Virus record (IMG/VR): IMGVR_UViG_3300043408_000061
Span: 1-63,998 of that record
Direction: 5' to 3' (one strand)
Origin: a virus
Length of the DNA: 63,998 bases
Part shown: in pieces, positions 25,430-35,048 of the stretch
Position numbering within the stretch: position 1 is the first letter of the stretch
Layout: each line of letters opens with the position of its first letter
Notes under the pieces: model-generated
Database searches by the model: none
Seen by the model: only the letters and a program-made list of their open reading frames with translations
What the model was told of the DNA's origin: nothing
Program-made: the position numbers and the translations under genes

Positions 25430-26407
25430 ATGTCTCAAAACAATAGCGCCGCAGGTTACGAAAGTGTACGCGGCTCAGTTTATGCGCCACCAAAAATCGT
25501 TGCAAAGACGGTTGAGCTGTACCACGAGTGCGCTATCACGCCTCAGATTGCACGCTCGGACTTCTTGAGCGACGACGAGCTGTTCTGCGGCTCACGCGTT
25601 ATCTTCGGCGTTGAGCAAGACTTAAACTTGTTCTCTCAAGATACAGACAACAACGAGCACCCTGAAACTGCGAGCGGCCCGCTCACAGGTGAAGGCGCGT
25701 TGACTGTGTGTAACAACCAGAAGTTCGAGATTAAAATCACGAACAACGACAAGCGCATCATGTGCGGTAACTTCGGTGCATGGGAAACCAACGTGCGTAA
25801 GCAGTTGGACAAAGGCATCGTGCGTTTGGTTGACAACTACACTATTCCAAAAATCATGGCTTCTGCTCACGCAGATAACGTCGGCCATCGCGCAGGTAAG
25901 CTGTCACACAGCATCGACTTGGGCTGGCAAGACAACAGCGCTTTGGATGGCAACACCAAAGCCGGCTTTGAAAACATGATTTTGAACTTGCGCGAAGTGG
26001 CTCAAGAAGCAGGCATCGTGTGCGCTCAAGGTTCAGTGGCTGGCGTTGGCGACAGCGGTATGCCTACCATCCTAATCCCATCTAAGTTAGAGCGTTACGC
26101 TTTGGCCTTGATGAAGGACTTGGACACCTGCTGCTCCGACAAGAATGCTATGCGTACGGGTTTGATTGGTAGCTTGTACGGCATGAACGTCATCAGCTCA
26201 ACACGCATCCAAGGTAAGAACTTCGGCGCAGCCGGCACTTTGGCACCTGTCATGTTGATTGACCCAAGCCAAGTGTTGCACGCGTTTGACGTGATTAACG
26301 ACAAGTGGTACGAAGGCAAGTTTGAAGATTACTTGGTCGGTGAGTTCGTGTGGGAAACCCACGTATTCAACCCACACGGTGTCGCTGTTGCCATCTCTAA
26401 AGTTTAA
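25430..26407 (+). CDS. major capsid protein (putative)
   Basis: 325 aa with a strong SD (AAGGAA). Follows the scaffold gene, and the operon ends with a strong terminator. Confidence 0.65.
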   Translation: MSQNNSAAGYESVRGSVYAPPKIVAKTVELYHECAITPQIARSDFLSDDELFCGSRVIFGVEQDLNLFSQDTDNNEHPETASGPLTGEGALTVCNNQKFEIKITNNDKRIMCGNFGAWETNVRKQLDKGIVRLVDNYTIPKIMASAHADNVGHRAGKLSHSIDLGWQDNSALDGNTKAGFENMILNLREVAQEAGIVCAQGSVAGVGDSGMPTILIPSKLERYALALMKDLDTCCSDKNAMRTGLIGSLYGMNVISSTRIQGKNFGAAGTLAPVMLIDPSQVLHAFDVINDKWYEGKFEDYLVGEFVWETHVFNPHGVAVAISKV

Positions 26408-26426
26408 TTAGAAAGGACCATACACC

Positions 26427-27089
26427 ATGGCACGTAATGATAAAAGCGCTAAGGCGTTTCAAGTCTTCCGTGGCTCTAAGCCAAAGGCAGACCTCTATGC
26501 TCGCACGTCGGGCGATTGCTGCGGCCCAGCCGTAGCGGACTACGACAAACTCGGTTGCCGAGTTCGTTTTGACAACTCACTGGCGCACGAGAATCCAACA
26601 GGCGCTAATGAGAAGTTCCACTTCCAAAAGCAACGCTTTCCGGTTGAGCCTTTGGCTGCGCAGATTGCACACTTGAACAAAGTGGGCGTCGGTGCTCAGT
26701 TGTCAATCATCACTATCCCAACTTACGCGTTCGTAACCGGCGTGGGTGTTGTGGTATTGGCTTCCGAGCCCGGCTTGACATTCAAGTTGGCCACTCGAAA
26801 CGGTTTGGCATTGCCTGCTGCTGTCGGTATCAAGGTTGATGTGGCTGGTGACAGCTGCTGCCCAACACGTACCCAAGGCGCTGGCGACATCACTGCAGCG
26901 TTCGGTGAGTTGCCTGCAAACGTGACTGAGCAGTACATCTTCGGCCGCGATGCAGCCGGTGAGTTCAGCTTGGAAGCCGACGAGTTGATGCTCGAAGTGG
27001 TGACAATGCCTACAAGCGGCGTTATCGCTGGAGACTTTGACGTGATTGTGAGCGCGTCTTACGATATCATCAACCGCGCAGAGTCTTAA
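26427..27089 (+). CDS. capsid-associated structural protein (decoration-like?)
   Basis: 220 aa with SD AAAGGA. It is the last gene before the terminator. Contains two CC dipeptides. Confidence 0.5.
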   Translation: MARNDKSAKAFQVFRGSKPKADLYARTSGDCCGPAVADYDKLGCRVRFDNSLAHENPTGANEKFHFQKQRFPVEPLAAQIAHLNKVGVGAQLSIITIPTYAFVTGVGVVVLASEPGLTFKLATRNGLALPAAVGIKVDVAGDSCCPTRTQGAGDITAAFGELPANVTEQYIFGRDAAGEFSLEADELMLEVVTMPTSGVIAGDFDVIVSASYDIINRAES

Positions 27090-27123
27090 AAGCTGGGGTG
27101 TAATGCCCCTTGCTGTATAATGG

Positions 27124-27158
27124 TGGCGGCGCTTGCAAAAGTGACCGCCATTTTTATT
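27124..27158 (+). terminator. Rho-independent terminator
   Basis: TGGCGGCGCTT-GCAA-AAGTGACCGCCA: an 11-bp stem with one bulge and a GCAA tetraloop, followed by TTTTTATT. Confidence 0.8.
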
Positions 27159-27168
27159 AGGAACAACT

Positions 27169-27525
27169 ATGCCACAAAAATTTGTATCCCGCACCAACGG
27201 CCTTGAGCTGCATATCCCTGCAGACATGGGCGCTGCTGTACGCTTCTTATCCGTAGGCGAAGACGCTCGCCGCCATATCGACGATGGTCAAACCAGCACT
27301 CGCGTCGATGACCCTGACCAGCTCAAGGCTGAATTGAAACGAGCACAAGACAAGCTCGCTGCGCTTGAGGCCAAGTCCAAAGAACAACCTGTATCAGCTG
27401 AAGAAGCAGCTGCTGCAGCGCCCGCACCTCACGATGTAGAACAGCCAGTCACTGAGACTGCTCGACCTGCCAAATCCGGCAAAGCAAAGATTGCACTTCC
27501 AGCACTAGAATCAGACCTCGCGTAA
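27169..27525 (+). CDS. hypothetical structural-region protein
   Basis: 118 aa. SD AGGA. Confidence 0.55.
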   Translation: MPQKFVSRTNGLELHIPADMGAAVRFLSVGEDARRHIDDGQTSTRVDDPDQLKAELKRAQDKLAALEAKSKEQPVSAEEAAAAAPAPHDVEQPVTETARPAKSGKAKIALPALESDLA

Positions 27526-28346
27526 TGGCATCAACCCAAGGCCTTCGTTACAGCCCCGTCAATTGGCTCATCGTCGATTGGTCTTTCCCTGCTTGCGGTT
27601 TGCCTCAGCCTGCACCGTGCGAAACTACACCTACCCCAACACCGGCTACCGGTTGCGTGGGTGGGGTCCCAATAGTTATCGCACCGAACACGTATGACTG
27701 GGCACGGTTTTTACCGAATATGCAAGAAGGTTTGGAAGAACCAGACGATGACATTTGCGCTGACCGCGCACGGGAAGCGGCGATTGATTTCGCACGAAAA
27801 TCTTGGGTGCTACAACGCGAGGTCTCCTTCCGTATCCAGAAGGATGAAACATTCTACCCTGTGAACCCACTACCGGGTGAGCGCACTGTCGCAGTTATCA
27901 GCGTAAAGCAAGAGAACTCAGGCTGTGTGCCTTGCGGTGGATTCATGGGTCGCACTCAGTTTGGCGTCGAGTTCGACGTGCGACAGAACGGAATCCAAAT
28001 TACAAACGCTGGCTGCCTGTGTGCAAACGACGGGCAGTTGGTGACAGTATTGGTGGCCGTGGTGCCAACTGAAGACGCCTGCACATACGACACATTCTTA
28101 TATGACCACTATCGCGCTGTGATTACAGCGGAAGCGCGTCGTCGCTACGTGCGTGCGCACTACTACAAAGAGCGCATGTTACTCAACGCCCAGACCACAG
28201 AGCAGGCGTTTGAAATGGCAGCACTAATCGCCAAGCGTAACGCTACAAAATTTAGTACGCAAGACCAAGGTCAGAAGACCCCGGTATTATTCCACGGAAA
28301 CACGTCACGTCGAGCAGGCGGATATGCACAAGCGAGGATGTGGTAA
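27525..28346 (+). CDS. hypothetical structural protein (connector/adaptor candidate, by position)
   Basis: 273 aa. TAATG coupling. Confidence 0.55.
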   Translation: MASTQGLRYSPVNWLIVDWSFPACGLPQPAPCETTPTPTPATGCVGGVPIVIAPNTYDWARFLPNMQEGLEEPDDDICADRAREAAIDFARKSWVLQREVSFRIQKDETFYPVNPLPGERTVAVISVKQENSGCVPCGGFMGRTQFGVEFDVRQNGIQITNAGCLCANDGQLVTVLVAVVPTEDACTYDTFLYDHYRAVITAEARRRYVRAHYYKERMLLNAQTTEQAFEMAALIAKRNATKFSTQDQGQKTPVLFHGNTSRRAGGYAQARMW

Positions 28347-29017
28347 TGCTATTACACAGCTGGCTAATCACTGTCGCATCAGCGCTTAACGACGCTGAAC
28401 CTGGGCGCGAGTTCCACCGCTACCCGCTGCGTGACTACTTGGCCGCATACAAAGCAGCCATGAGCCTTGCGGCCAAGCACCGAGGTGAAGAGTTCATCGA
28501 GTTGGTGAAGGTTAAACTGCGTGCAGGAAAGCATCAAGACGCACGCCAGTGCTGCTCGCACGTCGTCGGTGTTGTAGACCAGATTGACGCCCAAGGCAAC
28601 ATCATAAAGCAGTTGTCAACCACAGCCAAGAAGGTTAAAAACAAATGGCGCAAGCCAAGCTGCGTCACATCGACGACAGCCACTGAGTCCTATTACATGA
28701 CGGCCACCACCATCGACACGCAGATGAACGGACGCTTCACTGTTGAACCTCCGGTTCCATGTGATGTAGATGTGTTCGTGTTGGTGAAGTGTGTTAAGAA
28801 AACCGACACGCTCACAGAGGCGGACTTGGCGACGATGGAAGTGGACGACACATCTATCATTCACACGGCTGCATGGCACTACGTGCTGGCTCGCATGTTG
28901 TCTGGCGACCGCCATGCAGGTAGCGCTGACAGCACATCCGCAATGCACTACAAACTATTCTTTGAGATTCTAGGCATCGCTTGGAAGAACGAAGACATCT
29001 TAGAAAACCCACGATAA
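28340..29017 (+). CDS. hypothetical structural protein
   Basis: 225 aa, overlapping both neighbours. Confidence 0.55.
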   Translation: MVMLLHSWLITVASALNDAEPGREFHRYPLRDYLAAYKAAMSLAAKHRGEEFIELVKVKLRAGKHQDARQCCSHVVGVVDQIDAQGNIIKQLSTTAKKVKNKWRKPSCVTSTTATESYYMTATTIDTQMNGRFTVEPPVPCDVDVFVLVKCVKKTDTLTEADLATMEVDDTSIIHTAAWHYVLARMLSGDRHAGSADSTSAMHYKLFFEILGIAWKNEDILENPR

Positions 29018-29805
29018 TGGCCAACCCAATTTGCACTGACCCAGTATGCGACACGACTGTACCTGCAGTTGTTGTGCCAACAACGCCTGTACTAACACCG
29101 ACATGCGGACTACCGACAAACGGAGTGTTCACCAATGCAACCATACATACAAACGCGAGTGGGTGCATTACCCACATTGAATCCGGAGAACCTTTCTTAT
29201 ACAGTCCAGACCCCTGCTGCCCTGACAGCGGAACAGGCACGGGAGGCGGCACAGGACTTGATGGACCTAAAGGCGACCCAGGTCCGGCGGGTACTGTTAC
29301 GATTGGTACAGTCACAACAGGAGCAGCAGGTACACCTGCATCCGTCACTAATGTCGGAACTGCTAACGCCGCAATACTCAATTTCATTATCCCGGCCGGA
29401 GACAACGGTCTTGACGGCGCAACGCCTTCGGGCGTTGACTTCAACCAAAACGGCTTAATCATCGACGATGGCTTGGTGCAGCAGATGCCAAGCTGGTGGC
29501 CACCGGTCACGAACTTTAACCCACCGTCAGCGTCAGGCGACGGCGTGGTGTTAACCTTCATCAAAAACCCAGCTACAGGTGAAGTGGCAGTAACTGTTAG
29601 CGCTTCAGGCATTTTGGCTAGCTTCGCTACGGAGCAGGCCACACAGAACTCTAACATCTCTGCGCTGACTAGCACTGTTGCTACGCTGCAAACGGATTTA
29701 ACGTCGTTGCAAAACCAACATAATGCGTTACAAGTGTTACATACCGCCTTGCGCTCTGAGCACGACACGCTTAAAGCACGGATTGACGCTGCAGGAATCC
29801 CATAA
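29017..29805 (+). CDS. collagen-like (G-X-Y) fibre protein with a C-terminal coiled coil
   Basis: GTGTGGGTGLDGPKGDPGPAGT, then ...ISALTSTVATLQTDLTSLQNQHNALQVLHTALRSEHDTLKARI. The start was taken at the TAATG junction. Confidence 0.65.
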   Translation: MANPICTDPVCDTTVPAVVVPTTPVLTPTCGLPTNGVFTNATIHTNASGCITHIESGEPFLYSPDPCCPDSGTGTGGGTGLDGPKGDPGPAGTVTIGTVTTGAAGTPASVTNVGTANAAILNFIIPAGDNGLDGATPSGVDFNQNGLIIDDGLVQQMPSWWPPVTNFNPPSASGDGVVLTFIKNPATGEVAVTVSASGILASFATEQATQNSNISALTSTVATLQTDLTSLQNQHNALQVLHTALRSEHDTLKARIDAAGIP

Positions 29806-31412
29806 TGGCATCGTTCCATTTCAATTTTTTTCAATCAAGTACGCCTCGTTTAGCTGACCACCTAATACCTACTCACGGCAGCGCTGAGGCGCTTGATTGT
29901 AAATTTCATTCAGGTGAGCTGGACTCTTGGCGCGAGCCTAAGCCTGTAGCCTCTGTACCTGAAGGCACACTACGCGTTCACCGCGTGGGCTGTTGCTGGC
30001 TGCCATTTGACTCCTGTGTTGACCTATGCGACGGTCCTATCCTGTGCAATGACTTCTACGTGACGGGCCGCAACGCGTATCCAGAAGTTGGAACTGTTGG
30101 TGAAGACTGCGCTCCCATGTACTCACGCTTGGGTGTGCCATGCCCTGAGTTCAAGCTGTCAGCTCTGCCTACCAGCGCTGCAGCCAACAAGGATTTAGTT
30201 AACACATCGTTCAGTTATCAATACGTGAACGCCCGTGGTAAGATTGGTCAGCCTGCACCGGCAAGCGACAACGTGCAGTTCAACGAGGGCACGCCTGTCG
30301 TGCTATCAGGTTGGGCGATACCGGACCCGTCCTGGGGTATCACACACGTTCGCTTGTCGGTCATGGTTTCAGGCCATGAGTCGGGTAAAGAAGCTACAAA
30401 CGCATTGGACACTGCTAGCTTAATAATAGCAGACGTGCCAATAAATACAGCGTCGTACACATTTAACCAGTATTTTGAAGAGCTTGACGACGCAGTGCAG
30501 GAAGACTTTGTGCGCCCACCTCCGGATGACATGAAGGGTATCTGCCGCATATCAAGCATGAACTGCTTGGCGGGCTTCTCTGGTCGGCGTGTGTACTTCA
30601 GTCACACCAACAACCAAGATGATTGGCCGTACTTCATGGAAGTTGAAGATACCATCAAGGCCATCACGGAAAGTGGCAACATGATTTACGTTGCTACGCT
30701 TGGTCGCCCAGCGGTGATTGAGGGTGACGCCAACTGTAAAACGGCAGGCTGTCGAAGCGTCATCAACCATCAAGAGGCTTTCCCCATGGTAAATACTACC
30801 ATGGTATCAATGCCTAACGGTGCAGGCTACGCGGCCAAGGATGGGTTCGTCGTGCTGTCAGGCAATAAGACACCAAAGCTGTTGACATGGCAGACTTATG
30901 CACCGGAAGATTGGCATGAGTTTCCGCCGAACAAAGTGTTTCCTGTTTACAACAACAGCTATCTGTATATGTTCGGTGAGCGCCGCTCTGCAGTGTTTCA
31001 GTTGGCTGGCCTTGAGCATGAGGGTTGGAGCGCTGACGCGCACTCATGGCTATCAGACCGCGTAACGTATGCAACCAACGGCGGAGACGGTGAGTTGTAC
31101 ATGCTCAAAGGCACACAGCTTGAGCGCTGGAACGCCGGCTCTGCACTCCGCCCCCACAAGTGGGTATCACCTGAGATTGTGTCAGGCACTGTAAAAAACT
31201 TCCGTGCAGCCTACGTCCACTTGAGCCGTGGGCCTGAGCAGTTCGTTCTTCGCGTCGATGACCGGAACGTGGAGAGTCGCCCCGTAACCAAGCCTCAAGA
31301 CTTCGTGCTCCCCGCATGGGGTTCAGGCTACCGGTTTCAGGTTACCCTTATCGGTACCGCCAAGGTAAGGCTTGTCAGTGTAGCTACGTCGTATAAGGAA
31401 TTGACGGCTTAG
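29805..31412 (+). CDS. large structural protein (tail/nozzle candidate)
   Basis: 535 aa. The call rests on position only. Confidence 0.5.
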   Translation: MASFHFNFFQSSTPRLADHLIPTHGSAEALDCKFHSGELDSWREPKPVASVPEGTLRVHRVGCCWLPFDSCVDLCDGPILCNDFYVTGRNAYPEVGTVGEDCAPMYSRLGVPCPEFKLSALPTSAAANKDLVNTSFSYQYVNARGKIGQPAPASDNVQFNEGTPVVLSGWAIPDPSWGITHVRLSVMVSGHESGKEATNALDTASLIIADVPINTASYTFNQYFEELDDAVQEDFVRPPPDDMKGICRISSMNCLAGFSGRRVYFSHTNNQDDWPYFMEVEDTIKAITESGNMIYVATLGRPAVIEGDANCKTAGCRSVINHQEAFPMVNTTMVSMPNGAGYAAKDGFVVLSGNKTPKLLTWQTYAPEDWHEFPPNKVFPVYNNSYLYMFGERRSAVFQLAGLEHEGWSADAHSWLSDRVTYATNGGDGELYMLKGTQLERWNAGSALRPHKWVSPEIVSGTVKNFRAAYVHLSRGPEQFVLRVDDRNVESRPVTKPQDFVLPAWGSGYRFQVTLIGTAKVRLVSVATSYKELTA

Positions 31413-31414
31413 GG

Positions 31415-31420
31415 TATAAT
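31415..31420 (+). promoter_or_regulatory. TATAAT box 7 nt upstream of the ATG at 31428
   Basis: GGTATAATCCACCCCATG, with no Shine-Dalgarno. Confidence 0.35.
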
Positions 31421-31427
31421 CCACCCC

Positions 31428-31805
31428 ATGCTTAAAGTAGTTCAACCACCCCAAAAAGAAGAAGACCTGCCAACCGTAGGTAAATGGCTATACGAAGGTA
31501 TCCGAGCGTTGGGCATCGAGCTTGACATTGAAGGGTTCCTGCTTGTATGGACAGGCGGTACCACAAAAATGATTGTGGAAACAGACGTTGATAATAAAAT
31601 CGTCAGCGCTGCGCTTCTCACCATCGGTAAGAAATGGACTGACTCGCGCCAAAGCGCCAGCATCTTGGCTATGCAAGGCGACCGAAAAAAGCTCATCGAG
31701 TATTGCACCAACTTAGCAACAGCTTTCAACGTCGAGTATCTGGCTTATGAAGCCTTAGAGGACGAACCGGGCGTCTTGTCCCGCGTGCATCGAATTGATA
31801 TGTAA
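31428..31805 (+). CDS. hypothetical protein (candidate leaderless gene)
   Basis: 125-aa ORF. Confidence 0.55.
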   Translation: MLKVVQPPQKEEDLPTVGKWLYEGIRALGIELDIEGFLLVWTGGTTKMIVETDVDNKIVSAALLTIGKKWTDSRQSASILAMQGDRKKLIEYCTNLATAFNVEYLAYEALEDEPGVLSRVHRIDM

Positions 31806-32707
31806 TGCCTCAAAAACTATGTATTGATGACGCTCAATATATAGGTGCCGCGCAAGAGTCGGCACTGGCCACGCTCGCCCGTGGTGTTACTGAGTTGGCG
31901 GTAGATGTAATACTTTCAAAGTGGCGTCGTGATGTAGCCAAGCAAATCAACGACATGAAGCAAGAGATTGCTGACCGTCAGGTTGCGCTTGCTGAGGCAG
32001 CCCACGGGCACGCATCTAGCTTCTACGGTAAAGAAGCAGCGCTTGTGGCTGATGCCATGGGGATTCCGAAGGTAACCCCTGAGTACGCACTGTCAACAGG
32101 ATGGACGAACTTCGCTGTTGAGTCAAACGCTTACGGTCGTGGCTCATGGCTAAAGGCTGCACGCGAGATGTGCATGGTACCTAGCCGTTGCGATGCAGGT
32201 CGATGGGAATCCCTGATGCGGAACAATGAAGTGGACACCGGAAACTACGCCATGCGTCAAGCCGAGGTTCGCTCGCAAGCGCTAAACGATGTGCGCTTTA
32301 AACGACAGTTAGACGCCATTGGCCTCGGTCAAGGGCGCTTCGGAAGTGGCGCAGGTTACAGTCAGGCAGCAGGCACCATCGCAACCAATGTTGGTGATGC
32401 AATTATGAACAGTGTCAACTCAGCCGCAGGCTTGGTTGGGTACCTGACAGGACGCAAAGAGACACGCCCTTCGTGGGAGTATGGGTACACGCCACGTGTA
32501 GGTAAGGCTGAGACCATGCGTGAGAACGGTAACGTTTTGATTGGTGGTCCACAGCAAAGCAACTTCGACCCTGTGGAAGATTACTTCAAATACAGTGCTG
32601 TCAAGAAGTACGATACCGGCACCAGCGATTACGCAGGGTACCGAAGCTCCGAGCCTGATACTACAGTTGACACACCTTGGGGCGGTGAGGCGAGGTACTA
32701 CCGATGA
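31805..32707 (+). CDS. putative internal virion protein
   Basis: 300 aa, coupled to its neighbours. Confidence 0.5.
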   Translation: MPQKLCIDDAQYIGAAQESALATLARGVTELAVDVILSKWRRDVAKQINDMKQEIADRQVALAEAAHGHASSFYGKEAALVADAMGIPKVTPEYALSTGWTNFAVESNAYGRGSWLKAAREMCMVPSRCDAGRWESLMRNNEVDTGNYAMRQAEVRSQALNDVRFKRQLDAIGLGQGRFGSGAGYSQAAGTIATNVGDAIMNSVNSAAGLVGYLTGRKETRPSWEYGYTPRVGKAETMRENGNVLIGGPQQSNFDPVEDYFKYSAVKKYDTGTSDYAGYRSSEPDTTVDTPWGGEARYYR

Positions 32708-33867
32708 GCTGCATATCACCTGAAGGATACAAATCTGCGGAGCGAATTCGCTTCGCGGCTGTAGTAACCAACGCCACATTAAAGATGGCAAAGTTGGTGT
32801 ATGAAGCTGCAACCAACGGTCAGCAGCTCATCGATAACTACCGCAAGCAGCACGAGTTAGCTAAGCGAGCGCAGGCAATCGCTGAAGCAATCCAAGGTCA
32901 GCAGTCTATGTTCTGGGCTGCGGAGCAACAGTTTGCAAACGAGTTCTCTACGCCCGAACCAATCGAGGATGTCGAGGTGATGGGTCGTCGCTACGCCGGG
33001 CGCTTAGTGTCTAGCGTGCTGGGCGGTTTCGCCGGAAAGATTCACGAGATTAAGTGCAACATGAACCGGTATTGCACCAGCGCGAACATGAAGGCGCTGC
33101 AAGATATTTACTTGATGCGCTCATTCGCTGTGACAGCAGCACGCACATTGGGGCGCAACATCGCTTTTGCTGAGTACCAAGCGCGCAACGACTTGAATTG
33201 GGAGCGTCGCAAGCAGGCCGCTGCATTAGGCCGCAAGCTCGGCGGTGACGCGTCAAGCCTTATCAAGTCCGCTGGTGCAGGCTTGGCCAGTATCGGCGCA
33301 GGCTACGAGCAAGGATTGAACTCAGCGCTAAAGGCTTTGGGCTACGAGAGCGCGCGCATGTTCGGCGACCAAGGCCCGACATACGAACAGGTGAACGCCC
33401 AGTTCTACACCGACACGTCACGCGATACCGTGAACGCAGCGGTACAGAACAATGAGGATTTCAACTTTGCGTCTTACAATACGGGCTACCAAAGCAATGG
33501 CGGAAACCCAATGTACGGCGCAGAGTCCGCAGGCATGGCTAACGGCTTGGCCACCAACATAAGCAGCAATGTAACGGACCAGCCTAGCGACCTTATTACC
33601 GAAGGTGACTTCAGAGGTGAAGGTAACGGGTTCGCATACGACGGTGACGATATGCCTAGCATTTACAAAGACTCGCTAAACGAGAATATGCCGGGGGCGC
33701 AAGACAAAGTTCGCTCCGGTAAATGGGCGTTCCCGGTTCAAGGCGGTGGTAAAGGCTTCGTCGAGGTGGATATGGATAAATTCGCTGTCGCCTACGCTGA
33801 CCACTTAAACGCAAACTTGACAGACCCAGCTAAAGGCCCAGCCGCCTCAGACCCAGGCTGGCCGTAA
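32704..33867 (+). CDS. putative internal virion protein
   Basis: 387 aa, helical and Gly/Ala/Asn-rich. Confidence 0.5.
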   Translation: MSCISPEGYKSAERIRFAAVVTNATLKMAKLVYEAATNGQQLIDNYRKQHELAKRAQAIAEAIQGQQSMFWAAEQQFANEFSTPEPIEDVEVMGRRYAGRLVSSVLGGFAGKIHEIKCNMNRYCTSANMKALQDIYLMRSFAVTAARTLGRNIAFAEYQARNDLNWERRKQAAALGRKLGGDASSLIKSAGAGLASIGAGYEQGLNSALKALGYESARMFGDQGPTYEQVNAQFYTDTSRDTVNAAVQNNEDFNFASYNTGYQSNGGNPMYGAESAGMANGLATNISSNVTDQPSDLITEGDFRGEGNGFAYDGDDMPSIYKDSLNENMPGAQDKVRSGKWAFPVQGGGKGFVEVDMDKFAVAYADHLNANLTDPAKGPAASDPGWP

Positions 33868-33881
33868 TAAGGAAACATGAT

Positions 33882-35048
33882 ATGGCAGGTATAGATTTTA
33901 TGTCCTTCATCGAAGGACGACGACTGGCAGAAAAAGATAATCGCACTGACGAGAATCATTGGCGCGACATGCTGGATAAGCAGCAGTCTTATGATATCCG
34001 TGAGCAGGCCTACGCCAACACCGAGCGCGACCAAGCCTATAAGGAGCAACAGCAAGGCTATCAGCTGACGGACATGCAGACCAAAGCTGACGACACGGAA
34101 GCCATGCGATTGGTCGGAGACTCATATGCAATTGCGCAAAAAGCTGCTCAAGCACAAGGTAAATCCATCGTGCAAGTGCTCATCGAGTCACCAATGTTTG
34201 AGCTGCAAGGTGCCAACCAACGGACTCAATCTACATTCCAAGCTGGTTGGCGCGACGTGCTGCAAAAGAGCATCATTCCGGCCTTGCGCGTCAAGGGTGA
34301 TACCGAAGCAATCAATCAATTGTCCGCTAAGTTTGGCCTGATTGACCAAAGCGGTATAGACCGAGCGCGTGAAGCCGGAAGCCCTGAGCTTATGGCCGAA
34401 CGTGTTAGTAAAACATTTGGGGCTGTACAGAATCCCAACGGTACTTTCACCATAGCTGGTAAGGAGTTTCCGCTTACTGAAGCCTGGGCGCAATCGTACA
34501 ACCTAGGCTCTAGTGTTGGCGCTACTGCGATAAACATCGGTAAGCAAGACACGGTTAACACTGCCAACGCCGCATTGCAAGCGCAGATTGCAGAAACCGC
34601 AGCTCGTGAAAGGGCAACTCGTGAATATGCGTATGTGCAAAATCACGTATCTGCAGGCGGAAACCGCGAGCAGCTGCCTTCACACCTGCAAGGTATCTAC
34701 GACACTAAGTACCCCAACGGGCTGCCGACTGCGGCCTCTGGTGCAACTGCGGCAAAGCCGATTATTGATGTTAACGCAGCTACATCGCAACCAACCATGC
34801 CTGTAACCCCAGGTGTGTCGCCTACAGGCTCATCAGTCAAAGGTTCCAGCGCAGCGGTGTTGCCGCCGGCTGCAGCAAACCTGGATTCTATGAGCACAGT
34901 TGAGCTAATAAACTTACGCAATCGCCTGATGACGGAAAAGAATGTACCCGGTTTATCTGCAGCGGAAATACTCAGCATAACGCAACGGGTAAATGAGCTG
35001 GTACAATATCGGCAGACACCATCTTATGTACGGAGTATGCCTCGATGA
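33882..35048 (+). CDS. putative internal virion protein
   Basis: 388 aa. SD AAGGAA. Confidence 0.5.
   Translation: MAGIDFMSFIEGRRLAEKDNRTDENHWRDMLDKQQSYDIREQAYANTERDQAYKEQQQGYQLTDMQTKADDTEAMRLVGDSYAIAQKAAQAQGKSIVQVLIESPMFELQGANQRTQSTFQAGWRDVLQKSIIPALRVKGDTEAINQLSAKFGLIDQSGIDRAREAGSPELMAERVSKTFGAVQNPNGTFTIAGKEFPLTEAWAQSYNLGSSVGATAINIGKQDTVNTANAALQAQIAETAARERATREYAYVQNHVSAGGNREQLPSHLQGIYDTKYPNGLPTAASGATAAKPIIDVNAATSQPTMPVTPGVSPTGSSVKGSSAAVLPPAAANLDSMSTVELINLRNRLMTEKNVPGLSAAEILSITQRVNELVQYRQTPSYVRSMPR

Noticed and set aside
27113-27118. TATAAT between the capsid-operon stop and the terminator. Also TATAAT at 18404-18409 and 9584-9589.
   Set aside because: They lie upstream of, or inside, a terminator or coding sequence, have no TG extension, and show no consistent spacing to a start codon. 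They are likely chance matches.
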